In this document: in pieces, positions 40,801 to 53,628 of the stretch
Layout of the letters: the number at the start of each line of letters is the position of its first letter
How positions within the stretch are numbered: position 1 is the stretch's first letter
Assembly (NCBI GenBank): GCA_951406725.2
Contig: OX597841.1
Coordinates: 22,382,001-22,446,000, forward strand
Source of the DNA: Octopus vulgaris
Taxonomy: Eukaryota
Direction: 5' to 3'
DNA length: 64,000 nt
Notes under the pieces: generated by a model
What the model saw: the letters and a program-made list of their open reading frames with translations, nothing else
Databases searched by the model: none
What the model was told of the DNA's origin: nothing
Translations under genes and position numbers: made by a program

Positions 40801-41838
40801 GAGCAAATCGTTCCCTGCAAGTGAGAGGAGCAAATCGTTGTTCCCTGCGAGTGAGAGGAGCAAATCGTCCTTCCCTGCAAGTGAGAGGAGCAAATCGTTG
40901 TTCCCTGCAAGTGAGAGGAGCAAATCGTTCTTCCCTGCAAGTGAGAGGAGCAAATCGTTGTTCCCTGCAAGTGAGAGGAGCAAATCGTTGTTCCCTGCAA
41001 GTGAGAGGAGCAAATCGTTGTTCCCTGCAAGTGAGAGGAGCAAATCGTTGTTCCCTGCAAGTGAGAGGAGCAAATCGTTGTTCCCTGCAAGTGAGAGGAG
41101 CAAATCGTTGTTCCCTGCGAGTGAGAGGAGCAAATCGTTGTCCCTGCAAGTGAGAGGAGCAAATCGTTGTTCCCTGCAAGTGTTGTTCCCTGCAGTGAGA
41201 GAGCAAATCGTTCGTTCCCTGCAAGTGAGAGGAGCAAATCGTTGTTCCCTGCGAGTGAGAGGAGCAAATCGTTGTTCCCTGCAAGTGAGAGGAGCAAATC
41301 GTTGTTCCCTGCAAGTGAGAGGAGCAAATCGTTGTCCCTGCAAGTGAGAGGAGCAAATCGTTGTTCCCTGCAAGTGAGAGGAGCAAATCGTTGTTCCCTG
41401 CAAGTGAGAGGAGCAAATCGTTCTGAGAGGAGCAAATCCCTGCAAGTGAGAGGAGCAAATCGTTGTTCCCTGCAAGTGAGAGGAGCAAATCGTTGTTCCC
41501 TGCAAGTGAGAGGAGCAAATCGTTGTTCCCTGTTTCCTGCAAGTGAGAGGAGCAAATCGTTGTTCCCTGCAGAGTGAGAGGAGCAAATCGTTCTTCCCTG
41601 CAAGTGAGAGGAGCAAATCGTTGTTACCTGCGAGTGAGAGGAGCAAATCGTTGTTCCCTGCAAGTGAGAGGAGCAAATCGTTGTTCCCTGCAAGTGAGAG
41701 GAGCAAATCGTTGTTCCCTGCAAGTGAGAGGAGCAAATCGTCCTTCCCTGCAAGTGAGAGGAGCAAATCGTTGTTCCCTGCAAGTGAGAGGAGCAAATCG
41801 TTGTTCCCTGCAAGTGAGAGGAGCAAATCGTCCTTCCC
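37805..41838. repeat. 30-bp satellite/minisatellite, ~130 copies
   Basis: Consensus GAGAGGAGCAAATCGTTGTTCCCTGCAAGT; recurrent variants TCGTCCTTCCC and TGCGAGT; degenerate units at the left edge. Confidence 0.98.
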
Positions 41839-42075
41839 AAATATTTCTTACATTTGCTTGGTTCTTCAATTCTTTGTTGTTTTATATCATGTTGGAGATA
41901 CGACGGTATCCTTTGGTAGGAATTTAGTCTCTCTTTTTCTTTTAATTGTTTCAGTCATTTGACCGCCTTTAATCGAGCATATCGACCCCAGGACTTATTC
42001 ATTATAAGCCTAGTAATTATTCTATCGGTCTTTTTTGCCGAATGTCCATATAAAATATCTAATTATTCAAAATTG

Positions 42076-42466
42076 GGATCTTTTCAGTTTGAATGACAGT
42101 TTTTTCTAGCGGTGTCGTATGAAATTGTCACCCATAATTATGACCCTAGAATCGATCTATTGCATTTCAATGTTTTAGGGGTAGTGGGAGGGTATCATTT
42201 TTTCTTCAGAAATGTAAATAAACCCAATCTGTTTCTTAAACGAGGGACATATTCATACAGCACAGAATGTTTTTTTTACCTCAATTGACGTCAGTGATTG
42301 GTTGAAATTGCAGAAAAAACAAATATCTTACAAACTACAGAATTTTCTCAATAAAGCCAAGAGAAAAAGATGTTTTATGTAACACATTCTACCAGTATAC
42401 GAAGTTTAAAAGCGTTTAGTTACGTGGAAATTATTTTAAAAAACTGCCGTTCAAACCGAAAAGATC
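42076..42466. mobile_element. MITE family D
   Basis: GGATCTTTTCAGTTTGAA / CTGCCGTTCAAACCGAAAAGATC; inverted relative to 7974-8529. Confidence 0.7.
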
Positions 42467-43189
42467 AATAGAGAACCACAAAAATAACTTGGTAACTGAC
42501 GATGTGATCATATCACACACACACACATATAGTTGAATGTGTGTGTCTATTCGTACGCACGTATATGCATGCAGGTGTTGATTTGTATGTCTAGATACGT
42601 GCATATATATTTAGATGATAAACTTTGGCGAAGTCTTACAGTTCCAGTGACGCCTCGGGATCTGTAGTCTTCGAATGAACTTTCTTCTTTCTGGAACTGA
42701 GAATTCTAATGTCAGAAGTTTGGTACTTAGACTGTATGTATATGTGCACACATGTATGTTACTATCTATGTATACGTGAGTGGAAGGGCGTATGAATATA
42801 TGTGTATATAACATATTTCTACTATATATATATACATATATAGGTGCAGGTGGCACGTAAAAAACACCCACTACACTCGCGGAGTGGTTGGCGTTAGGAA
42901 GGGCATCCAGCCGTAGAAACACTGCCAGATCTGACTGGGCCTGACGAAACCTTCCAGCTTCACAGACCCCAGTTGACCCGTCCAACCCATGCTAGCATGG
43001 AAAACGGACGCTAAACGATGATGATGATGATATATATATACATATAATATATAATTATATCATATGCAGAAAAATACAAACTGGGACAAGAACGTAAAAC
43101 ATTTAGAAGACGATACAAAAAACACAGACGGGACATACGAAGCCCTCAATCTTCAGTCAAGAACCGGATCATCCTAGTAATTTCGGCTG

Positions 43190-43224
<35 letters not shown>

Positions 43225-44046
43225 GAGGCGCAATGGCCTAGTGGTTAGGGCAGCGGACTCGCAGCTTCGATTCCCAGACCGGGCATTGTGAGTGCTTATT
43301 GAGCGAAAACACCTAGAAGCACCAAGACGCTCTGGCAGGGGTGGTGGTTATCCCTGCTGTACTCTTTCGGCACAACTTTCTCTCACTCTTTCTTTTGTTG
43401 GCCTGCTCGCTTAGCCAGCGGGGTGGCATCATTTGAAGGCTAAAGCAATGCAAAGCGCATTGTGACCAGCGATGTGTAGCAGCATCCGATAGCCTGGTCG
43501 GGCAAGTGATCACGTGTTATACATATATATATATGTGAGTATATATTAGGTTGGTGCATAATTATTGCAGCTTCTTGATAAATATTTTTGGTCTTTCCTT
43601 GTGGGGCACAAACAAATACGTAGTGTATCATGTTAAGAAGAAACATTTTCTTTAATAATTTCTGCATTAATTCAAACGATAATTGTCCCGTGATATTATC
43701 ACTGACCTCTCAGAATACTTATCTCTCGCAGTATCTAAATAAAATCATTCTTTCCATACTAGCATGGGTTGGATGGTTCAACTGGGGTCTGGGAAGCCAG
43801 AAGGCTGTACCAGGCCCAGTCTGATCTGGCAATGCTCTTTATATTTCTCTACACCTTGCAAAATTATCTTTTAGACCTCTCAGAAGTCTACAGATTTATG
43901 TCAAGAAATAATAATTTTGGGTACATAAACACACATCATCTGCTTATTAACAAGAAAGAAAAAATAAACAAGAGAAAAACTATATGACATATAGAGACAA
44001 CAACAACAGGCCAGTGTGTTTATACGTTTTATTAAGCTGGATTCAA

Positions 44047-44300
44047 GAAGCATCAGATGTGGTGTGCAAGAGAGGCGACTGCGCTGGTATGGTCATGTGT
44101 TGTGAATGGATGAGGACAGCCGTGTGAAAAATTGTCACACCCAAGCAGTTTAGGGAACCTGTGGAAAAGGTTGACCCAGAAAGACCTGGAATGAGGTGGT
44201 GGAGCACGACCTTTGAATACTGACCCTCACTGAGGCACTGATTACTGACGGAGACCCTTGGAGATATGCTGGGCTTGAGAAGACCTGACAAGCCAAGTGA
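44047..44300 (+). pseudogene. RTE-like LINE ORF C-terminal fragment
   Basis: Translates to RSIRCGVQERRLRWYGHVL*MDEDS...G*PRKTWNEVVEHDL, matching the RLRWxGHV...GRPxxTW pattern, with stops. Confidence 0.75.
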
Positions 44301-44313
44301 GACCATAACCCAT

Positions 44314-44455
44314 GCGGAAATGTTTTTATAAAGGTTAAGTGCATCAAGTGGTTGAGAAATGTATTATAAATTTGTCAGAGAGTTAAGAGAAATCCTAGAA
44401 CCTGAAATGTTTGTCCAGAAGTAATGAATGGAAAGAGAAGTGAATTTAATGGGTA
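44314..44455 (-). promoter_or_regulatory. Decayed orphan copy of ZNF exon 1
   Basis: Reverse complement matches TTTATAATACATTTCTCAACCAC..GATGCAC..CCTTTATAAA.ACATTTCC; donor mutated to GCATG and NRF1-like site lost. Confidence 0.55.
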
Positions 44456-44644
44456 TCTTATACTCTCTTTAACTTGTTTCAGTCATCTGACTGCGGCCAT
44501 GCTGGAGCCTTTAGTCGAGCTGATAGGATCTTTTGTTGCGAGATAAGCGGTCTCCTGTCGGACGAAGAAGCAACCCCAGACTAAACAGCGGTAACATACT
44601 TAGGGAGATGCAGTAATGGGCCATCCTGTTAGCTCACAAGACTC

Positions 44645-45236
44645 GGATCTTTTCCTCTTGAACGGCAGATGTCAACACAATTTCTAGTAAACTAAACACT
44701 TTCAAACTTCGTATACTGGTAGAATGTGTTTATAAAACATCTTTTTCTCTTGGCTTTATTGAGAAAAATCCATTATTTTGTAAGATATTTCGTCTGAAAA
44801 TCCGAGCATTTCGGCAATTTTAACCAATCGATTACCTCCATTCAACTAAAATCATTTGCTGTGTCTAAAACAGACAACATCCTGTAACTAACCCTAAATT
44901 TTTTTTTTCTTAATTGTTAAATTAATTTAATTCCATTGCTTTAGTTTTTTTTACATGCGTAACAATTAAATTAATTTAACAATTAAGAAAAAAAAAGGTT
45001 AGGGTTAGTTACAGGATGTTGTCTCAGTTTTAGACGCAGCAAACGATTTTAGCTCAAAAGAGAGCATAGGATTGGTTAAAATTCGAAAACTTAAACTACG
45101 TTAAACAAACAAATTACAATTCTCTCAAGAAAGCCAAGAGAAAAAAATGTTTCATTTTGACACATTCTACCAGTATACGAAGTTTTAAAGTGTTTAGTTA
45201 ACTAGAAATTGTCTGCTGTTCAAAAGGAAAAGATCC
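44645..45236. mobile_element. Fold-back MITE related to family D
   Basis: GGATCTTTTCC...GGAAAAGATCC; TSD CAAGACTC/GAAGACTC; the arms are complementary almost to the centre (~44945). Confidence 0.8.
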
Positions 45237-45587
45237 GAAGACTCTTAACTCAGCGATGTAGCTAGGACGAGGTAAGTAAAGGCCCACTTCAAAAAAGTCC
45301 AGTCTTCACGGGTTTGAGAAAGTTTGTGACCAGTGCGAATAAGACCAGAGAGCCCCTGCGGTATGGCTGGAGGCAATACAATCATTCATACAGCATCGTT
45401 CTCTGCGTGGGTTAACAAAGGGCCCGTTCAGACCTTAGGTAGCAAGGCCTGTCCATAATGTGTAATGCAGTCTCCATCGAATGCTGCGAAAACTGGCTAT
45501 GGGCCTGCAACCTACCCTGGGTGGTGTGGGATGGATGTACGAAGTTTACGTACTCCGAAACCCCAAACAGGATCCAAAAGGGAGCAA

Positions 45588-45815
45588 ATCCTGACAGCTG
45601 GTAACCGGGATGCCACGACCCCTACAGGTAAGAAGCAGGAACTAATGGAGGAGGCCAGATGCTACTTGTTAGATGTTGTCGGGGACTTCCTTGACAAAGT
45701 TGCGTGGTTCTGATTATGTAGATTTTGATGGAAGATGCAAACTCCACTACTCAGGTGTTGTACTAGGAATAAGTGCACTGGCAGGGGTGGGAATACTCAC
45801 AGGTACACGGCTATC
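45588..45815 (+). pseudogene. LINE APE-endonuclease N-terminal fragment (RTE-like)
   Basis: ILTAGNRDATTPTGKKQELMEEARCYLLDVVG / TSLTKLRGSD...LHYSGV...ALAGVGIL resembles the GTWNV..GK..EL...LDIVGISETK..G...YSG...GVGIL pattern, with one frameshift. Confidence 0.65.
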
Positions 45816-48600
45816 AAAATGTGTTATGGACCCTGACTGGCTTCTGTGCTGGCGGCACGTAAAAAGCACCAACTGATCGTGGCCGCTGCCAGCCTCCCCT
45901 GGCACCTGTGTCGGTGACAAATAAAAAACACCCACTACACTCATGGAGTGGTTGGCATTAGGAAGGGCATCCAGCCGTAGAAACATCGCCAGATCAGACT
46001 GGAGCCTGGTGCAGCCCTCTGGCTTCCCAGATCCCAGTTGAACTGTCCAACTCGTGCTAGCACGGAAAACGGATGGTAAACGATGATAATGATGATGACC
46101 GGGTCCTATTGGAAGGGAGGATTTATCTCTTGAACTTTCAGCTGGAAGATAGGCCTTGCTACAAAATTATGCATCAAACAGTGAGTCTTGAGCTAAGCGC
46201 CTTCCTTGATGAAGTTATAATGAGTTGAAATGGCCATGTTTAATGGTGGAGGTTGTCTGGTTTATATGGTGATAGCTGGTTTCAGTAAGGTTTGTGTATA
46301 TAGATAAAGGATGAGGAAACTAGGACTAAATTGCAACAAGGCGGCGAGATGCTTAGCAGTATTTCATCTGCCGTTACGTTCTGAGTTCAAATTCTGCCGA
46401 GGTCGATTTTGCCTTTCATCCTTTCGGGGGTCGATTAAATAAGTACCAGTTACGCATTGGGGTCGGTGTAATCGACTTAATCCGTTTGTCCCGTTTTAAA
46501 TGGCTTTGTGGGGTGACTGGGGAAATGTAAAGATGTGCACCACCACCCTTGGATGGTTTTGAATCACCATAGAAAGTGCAAGCCCTCTAACTGAAAAATT
46601 GTGGATTTGTATAAAGGACACACACGCAGACATTTTGCCGCTTATATATATATATATATAGAGAGATATGTGAAAGAGAGAAATACTTATCAATTTTCAG
46701 TGTTACACACCTGTATTCACCTTTATCTCACCTGTTAATGAGCTTTTTCTATTAGGTGCATTCTGTTATGTAAATGTATTCATTAAATGGTATAAGAGTA
46801 CATAGTACTTTATTTTCAATGAAAATGTTTGAATGAGAAAGATTAAAATCTTGTACCGATTACACCTGTATTTTTATTAATTCAAATTAATGTACCTCAT
46901 CTTGAAAAGTGGCAAAATTTTTGGCAGTTGACACCTGGGATAATTCTAGTAACAAATCAAATGGTTGAGATGTATTAAGAATTTCAATTTTAGTGTTTAA
47001 CCATGTTATTGCTTTCACACCTGTTAATTAAATTAACCTGCCCATTAAAGTCAAATTTTAAGCAGCAAGATCAGCTGAAGTTTCATAACTATAATCCACT
47101 GTTATATTAGCACCCACAAACAAAATTTCAAATCTGTATGTAAAAAAAAAAAAATTAACAAAATTACAGGTAAACATTGCGGTGACACCTATGAAACCTG
47201 AATAGTTGAAAATAACATGAACAAATAAGCATTACATTTGACAAATTAATATGAACACTAAAAAATTTAGAGCTGAATAGCAAGGTAGACAATAGGCTTC
47301 CTACACATATATATATATAAATGATGGGCTTCTTTTAGTTTCCATCTTCAAAATCCACTTACAAGCTTCTCATCACACAGCCACACCTATTGGGTTTAAC
47401 AGTTTCATAACAAGATTCAAGCAAAAGGGATTAATAATCCGGAAGAAAGTGCTTTCATAAAGAAAAACTACCCAACAGGTTAGAGTTGGGAGGCTGTTAC
47501 CACACACTGTTCTACCTCCTCTCCTGTGTGAATACATTTATAGTTACAGAGTATCACCTTTTTTTTCATTTTGGCATACTAGGAACTTTGACAATTACAG
47601 CAATTCCCTGATGAGTAGCTTGGTTACTGCCATGGAGAAAGCCCACAACACTATCACCAATTTAGGAGGAGCTCAAAATGCTTATTGCTCTTATGAATTG
47701 TCACATTGATAGTCATACATCTATATGAATAGATACACATTTAGTGAACACCAGAAGTACCGAGCGGTCATTTTTCACCAATTCTGCTTATTACTTTTTA
47801 ATTTCTACAACTGTATTGAATATGCAATTGAAAACATCATTTCATTTTTTTTTTTTTCTAGTTTCAGCTCAAAGCTGCGGCCATGCTGATGCACCGCCGT
47901 TTAAAAATCCGACCAGTCCATCAGATGTAGTTACACATCGCTGGTCACAATGCATCCGCATTGTTTTAGCCTTCGAATGACGCCACCCCGCTGGCTAAGC
48001 GAGCAGGCCAACAGAAGAAAGAGTGGTGAAAGAATACAGCAGGGATCACCACCCCCTGCCGGAGCCTGATGGAGCTTTTAGGTGTTTTCGCTCAATAAAC
48101 ACTCACAACACCCGGTCTGGGAATCAAAACCGCGATCCTACGACCGCGAGTCTGCTGCCCTAACCACCGGGCCATTGCGCCTCCACATATATACAGGTAT
48201 ATATTTTTCGCATGTAAATGAATGCTAAAAGAATGCATTTTCAAATCCATTATTCAATGCATTTGTTTATATTTAAAAAAATTGTATTAAATAAGATTTT
48301 CAATGACAGTCAAAAATGATCACTATGGTTCTTGTAAGTAATAAGAAATCTTGGTACTTCTAGTGTTAACCCTTCAGCATTTAAACTTGCCGTATCTGGC
48401 TTAAACATTCTACCAATTTTAGTTCAAACAAGTTAGACACAGCCTCTCATACCTACCCTACAATCATCAAAACTTGAAAGCTGTGGGTTAATGCATGACA
48501 AATTGAAAATAATGTGAATAAATAACCCTCACATTCGACAGAATAATCTGCATGGTAAAGGGTTCAGTCACCCCTTAGAGATTATGATTTAGCACAAATA

Positions 48601-49773
48601 TCAGTGGGATTGCTTCTTCCCCTGATGAACACGTTTGTGAGAAGTTAAGTTGCCACGTTGAGTGAATGATTTACCACAGATATCACAAGAATATGGCTTC
48701 TCTCCAGTATGAATACGTTTGTGTGTAGTCAAAGAACTAGTTCTGGAGAACAATTTGCCACAGATATCACAGCGATAGGGCTTCTCTCCTGTATGAATAC
48801 GTTTGTGTCCAGTTAAGACACCCTTTTGAGAGAATGATTTGTCACAAAAGTCACAGTGATATGGTGTTTCTCCTGTATGAATGCGTTTGTGATTAATCAC
48901 GCTATTTTTGAATGAGAAAGATTTGTTACAAATGTCACAGCAATATGGTTTCTCTCCTGTATGAACACGTACGTGGGTAGTTAAAGCACTCCTCTGAGAG
49001 AATGATTTACTACAGACATCACAGTGAAAAGGCTTCTCTCCTGTATGAACACGTTTGTGAGATTTTAAAATACTTTGGACAGAGAATGACATACCACAGA
49101 TATCACAGTGATATGGCCTCTCTCCTGTATGAATACGTTTGTGTGTATTCAAGTTACCTTTTTCGAAGAATGATTTATCACAGATGCCACAGTGAAATCG
49201 TTTTTCCTTTGTATGAACACATATGTGAGAATACGAAGCCCTTCGACCAGAGAATGGTATACCACAGACATCACAGGGATATGGCTTCTCTCCTGTATGA
49301 ATATATTTGTGTGTGGTCAAGCTACTTTCCCGAAAGAATGATTTACCACAGATGTCACAGCGAAATGGCTTCTCCCCCGTATGGAAACGCTTGTGAGAAA
49401 CTAAGATGCCACTGCGAGAGAATGATTTACCACAGACATCACAGTGAAAAGGCTTCTCCCCTGTATGAATACGTTTGTGAATAGTCAAGTTATAATTTCG
49501 AGAGAATGATTTACCACAGATGTCACAATGATAAGGCTTCTCTCCTCTATGATTACGTTTGTGTACAGTCAAGGTATAATTTCGACGGAATGAGTTACCA
49601 CAAATGTCACAGTGATGGGGCTTCTCTCCTCTATGAATACGTTTGTGCGCATTCAAGCTGCTCTTTTGAGAGAAATACTTTTTACACACATCACACTTAT
49701 GCGACAATTTTTGTGTCCCTTTTTCTTTATCTTCAGGAAAAATCAGTTCCTTTATTTTCTCACTCTTTTCCAT
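48601..49773 (-). CDS. C2H2 zinc-finger protein (gene 5), 13 fingers
   Basis: 390-aa ORF, MEKSEK leader, ends [12 protein letters not shown]. Confidence 0.95.
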   Translation of the reverse strand: MEKSEKIKELIFPEDKEKGTQKLSHKCDVCKKYFSQKSSLNAHKRIHRGEKPHHCDICGNSFRRNYTLTVHKRNHRGEKPYHCDICGKSFSRNYNLTIHKRIHTGEKPFHCDVCGKSFSRSGILVSHKRFHTGEKPFRCDICGKSFFRESSLTTHKYIHTGEKPYPCDVCGIPFSGRRASYSHICVHTKEKRFHCGICDKSFFEKGNLNTHKRIHTGERPYHCDICGMSFSVQSILKSHKRVHTGEKPFHCDVCSKSFSQRSALTTHVRVHTGEKPYCCDICNKSFSFKNSVINHKRIHTGETPYHCDFCDKSFSQKGVLTGHKRIHTGEKPYRCDICGKLFSRTSSLTTHKRIHTGEKPYSCDICGKSFTQRGNLTSHKRVHQGKKQSH

Positions 49774-49909
49774 TATTTTTATTCTACTTCTTGCTTCAGT
49801 AGTCTTTTGTTTCCAAATATTTCAACTGCTGTATTGCTGTCCAGTGTTATCCTTGTCTCCAAACTCTTTGGTAAATTTTTTCCCAGTATAATTTGCAAAC
49901 AGATTTATC

Positions 49910-50180
49910 ATGTAGACACTCCAGCCAGTGATGTCCAGAAGGTTTGCTAATAACACAATTCAGAGTAAATATATCAGAGGAATTCCACCACAGATTTATA
50001 GAAACAATCTTATATATCTGTTCTGTACAATATTTCCATTTTGGTCTTTAAAAGATGATAAATAATGAGAATGTATCTTTGGTTATGCCAATGTCATCTG
50101 ATATTCTGAAATAATAAAGAAACAACAGTGTAAGATATAGAGGCTACTTAAAAAAATACAGATTCATCATTTCTATAAAG
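49910..50180 (-). promoter_or_regulatory. Conserved acceptor/5'UTR block of ZNF gene 5
   Basis: Exon starts at 50105 on the minus strand; both uORFs intact. Confidence 0.75.
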
Positions 50181-50579
50181 ATAAACTCTAGAAATAAACA
50201 TTTAACTGAGCAACAGAACTTTCTAATTTATTAAAATTCACATCAGAAAATCCTGTTTGAAACCAACAGATTCCTGAACTCTGACTACACATTCACATTT
50301 AATTATACATATGTATAGGGAGAGTTTATGAAAAAAACAAAAGACGAAGACAGGTGGTGTACAAAACAAACAGATGTATTAGTATAACACTCAGGTTTTA
50401 GTAAAGAAAGGCTTAGTGATGCATATATGGCTACAGGACATCACCTACTGTGTAAACAACATGAAATACGTAGACAAACAAGTTAAATATGCAAACAAGA
50501 GAAATAAAAATGGAAAACGAGGGCAATACAGAGAACAACCCTCCATCAGTTGCTGCCTGTCCATCTTACTCCTCAGTAA

Positions 50580-50799
50580 CCCTTTCGTTACCATATTTCT
50601 TTTGAGATGCTCTGTGTTTCTTTCAATTATTTTAAATATAACAAAGAATTTAGTAAAATAACTTAGTTATCATTCAACTAGTGTCAGGAACATAAATTGT
50701 GACTAAGGTTTGGTGGATAATTTTTATTCAGAACTTATGAAAACATGACATTTATACTCAGATCCAGAGCCGGTTTCAGCCGGGTTGGTAACGAAAGGG
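50580..50799. mobile_element. piggyBac-like MITE
   Basis: Perfect 14-bp TIR CCCTTTCGTTACCA; homologous to 4050-4269; TTAA flanks degenerate. Confidence 0.6.
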
Positions 50800-52084
50800 T
50801 TTGTAGACAGTTGCTCTCATAAATTCCAAAATAAAATTTTGGATTTATAGAGGGTCAAAGTTGGGAACAAAACTAGGACAGTGGAGGCATACAAGGAAAC
50901 CAAACGAAATACAACCATACGCGCAAGTCGTTGTAGGTTCGACTACTCATGACTAGCTAGCGCGAGTGCGCGCACCAGGACCGCTGTTCGCTAGTAGTAC
51001 CAAAGGATGTGCTAAAGTAGTTTGGTTTGTTGTGGTGATGGGGGGGGTGGGGGTGAGAAGCTCTCTTGTGAAGTGGGTGGGACACACAGCACTTCTAGAA
51101 CTCAGTTTCACTGATGTGGGTGGGTCTTCTCAGTTTGATTATAATCATGGAGGACTTCATCACAAACGAAACCATCCTCATGAGGGTGGGGCAGGGCATT
51201 ATGTCTTTGCACATGGAATACTTAAAATGCCATTTGTACACTTACTGTACCCTCGAACCGGCTGTGGACGATGTCCTTTAACCCAGAGTCTCTATATTTA
51301 TCTTACATAATAGGCGCAGGAGTGGCTGTGTGGTAAGTAGCTTGCTTACCAACCACATGGTACCGGGTTCAGTCCCACTGCGAATCGGGGACGTGCGATA
51401 CAAGTATATATCGTATATATACAAGTAAATACGTATATATCGATACAAGTATATATCGTATATATACAAGTAAATACGTATATATCGATACAAGTATATA
51501 TCATATATATCGTGCATGCGCCAGCCAGCTCGTAGGATCGACTGGCTACGTCTGGCTAGCGCGGACGCGCGTCTGCGTGTGTGCGCAAACCGGGACCACT
51601 CTGCGATACAAGTAGCCTTCGGTACTAAGCTTTATAAATATAGATTTGACACAGGTATAAGAGTTAGAACTTGAGGGTACTACTGGCGTATACAGGTCCC
51701 GTTGCGCGGCGACGCACGTAGTCGATACTACGACTAGGGCGTATGCAAATGAGTTCATTTGCGCATGAGCAAATCAGAACTGTATCGAACAAATTAAATA
51801 AAACGCAAGTAAATAATTCTTGAAAATTAATTGCCATTAAGGCAATCTTTCGTCTCTAGTAGACCTTTCCGTCGATTTCCGTAAATTTCTTTTCTTTTTT
51901 TTACATATTTTTTGAACAAAGTAAATAATTTTTTGGTAATCGAAAAATTGCCAATTTTTAAAACTTAATTATTATTTTTTTTTGGCACTGTCGTGCTTTT
52001 AGCTGTCAGAAGTGAAAGTCGTCAACTTCGTGTATTTACGTCAGGTTTGTACCTTCGTTAATTTACGCCGTTCATTTACGTACC

Positions 52085-52300
52085 ACCAATGACCACCACC
52101 CCCACCGCGATCACATACACCAATCATACACACGTGTGTGTGTGTATATGTGGCTATATGTCTGACTAATGTCTGTGTGTCTGTATAAATAGTTATATGC
52201 TTATATTATCCATTATAGTAATATTTGTCTGTTGAAATCCGTTTTAAGGCAGTCAATAGTTTAATTAAAGATGTGTCTATACATGTATATATACATGTGT

Positions 52301-52336
<36 letters not shown>

Positions 52337-52550
52337 GTGTAATGTATACACATGTATATATATATATATACATGTATAGACACATCTTTAATTAAACTAT
52401 TGACCGCCTTAAGACAGATTTCAACAGACAAATATTACTATATAACTACTTATACAGACACACAGACATTAGTCAGACATATAGCCACATATATACACAC
52501 ATACACACGTATGATTGTTGTATGTGATCGCGGTGGTGGTGGTCATTTGG
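52085..52550. repeat. Long inverted repeat (~210-bp arms around a TA-rich centre)
   Basis: 52085-52290 is the reverse complement of 52365-52550, with few mismatches and one small indel. Confidence 0.9.
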
Positions 52551-52746
52551 GCAGATTTGGTGTGATTTCTTTTTTAAAAACAATAATGAATAATGCAAGA
52601 ATACATCTATTTATAAAGTTTAAACAGAACATGGAATGAAATGCATTTATTTATAAACTTTAAACTGAACTTCACACAGATGTATATATATCTTTTTTTA
52701 CACAAATTAAACAAAGTAAATAAAAAAATTAATATCTCACATTTGT

Positions 52747-53628
52747 TCATCTCGCTTCTTCGAATGTGTACCATTCGGAAAGGTGTTTGAGAATATTCTC
52801 AAAACACTCTTTCCCACACTTCCCATATCGGTCCTTCCAAAGGAATTCGTCCAGATACAGCTCCAACATGTTGGAGTGTGCCCCCATCATCGTCTTAAAG
52901 CGCCTTTTCGCATTCTTCCAGTAACACGCCACAGAATTCGTGTGTACGTGTGTCACTGGATCAACGAAATTCTTGGAATGGTTGACTGTGAAATGGATGT
53001 ATTTGGGTGTCACATCCATTTCAGTAATCCCATTGTAAGCACCCCAACTATCCGAATAAACCGTAGTGCCTGGTCTTATAAATTTCTTGATGACGGGTAG
53101 CAGACTTTCGGAGGAATGGTCAGGTACGACGGCTAGAAAACCATTCTTGTCTTCTCTATCCCATCCTCCGAAAACAAACCTCTCTTGTGGCATCCCACCT
53201 CTGTTATATTTCCATTCACCAATTTCAACGATGTGCCCGACTCCACCAATTTGGTATGGGTTCTTGTGAAGGTGGTTGCTCGTAATATCGCGGAAATAGT
53301 AATACCACTGGATCACGGTGCTTTTGGACAAACCAGTCAGTGCTGTTGCTGCTGGAATCGCTATGTTGAGACTCCATGAAAATGTTAATGTGAGGAAATC
53401 ACGTAGCTTTAGCTTGGACTTTTCAAGGTAGGAATTCTTCCGGATGGACACCTTCACACCTTTGTGCGTCGGGCAGCGGAATATCTTCTCATCGTTGTAC
53501 TTTATCAGCGTCATCTCTTTCTGGCATTGTACACATCGGGGATGAACACTATTGAGCACTTTCTTCTCCTTCAGAAACGAATACGTCGTTTCAAAGTCTC
53601 TAAGAAGAGGCGAGAATTCAGACAACAT
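52747..53628 (-). CDS. Merlin/ISXO2 (IS1595-family) transposase-like ORF, catalytic residues apparently altered
   Basis: CxxC..CxxH zinc ribbon, GGVGHIVEIGE, KYNRG, VFGG, LLPVIKKFIRPGTTVYSDSWGAY, VNHSKNFVDP, HTNSVACYW, YLDEFLWK. Likely start at 53628; the ORF is open to 53739. Confidence 0.88.
   Translation of the reverse strand: MLSEFSPLLRDFETTYSFLKEKKVLNSVHPRCVQCQKEMTLIKYNDEKIFRCPTHKGVKVSIRKNSYLEKSKLKLRDFLTLTFSWSLNIAIPAATALTGLSKSTVIQWYYYFRDITSNHLHKNPYQIGGVGHIVEIGEWKYNRGGMPQERFVFGGWDREDKNGFLAVVPDHSSESLLPVIKKFIRPGTTVYSDSWGAYNGITEMDVTPKYIHFTVNHSKNFVDPVTHVHTNSVACYWKNAKRRFKTMMGAHSNMLELYLDEFLWKDRYGKCGKECFENILKHLSEWYTFEEAR

Noticed and set aside
37805-41838. CRISPR array (30-bp repeats)
   Set aside because: Repeats are head-to-tail with no unique spacers, there are no cas genes and the context is eukaryotic.
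37788-41962. Very long ORFs (up to 1313 aa) in the 30-bp array
   Set aside because: The monomer lacks stops in several frames; the peptides are 10-aa repeats that switch frame at indels, so they are satellite artefacts.
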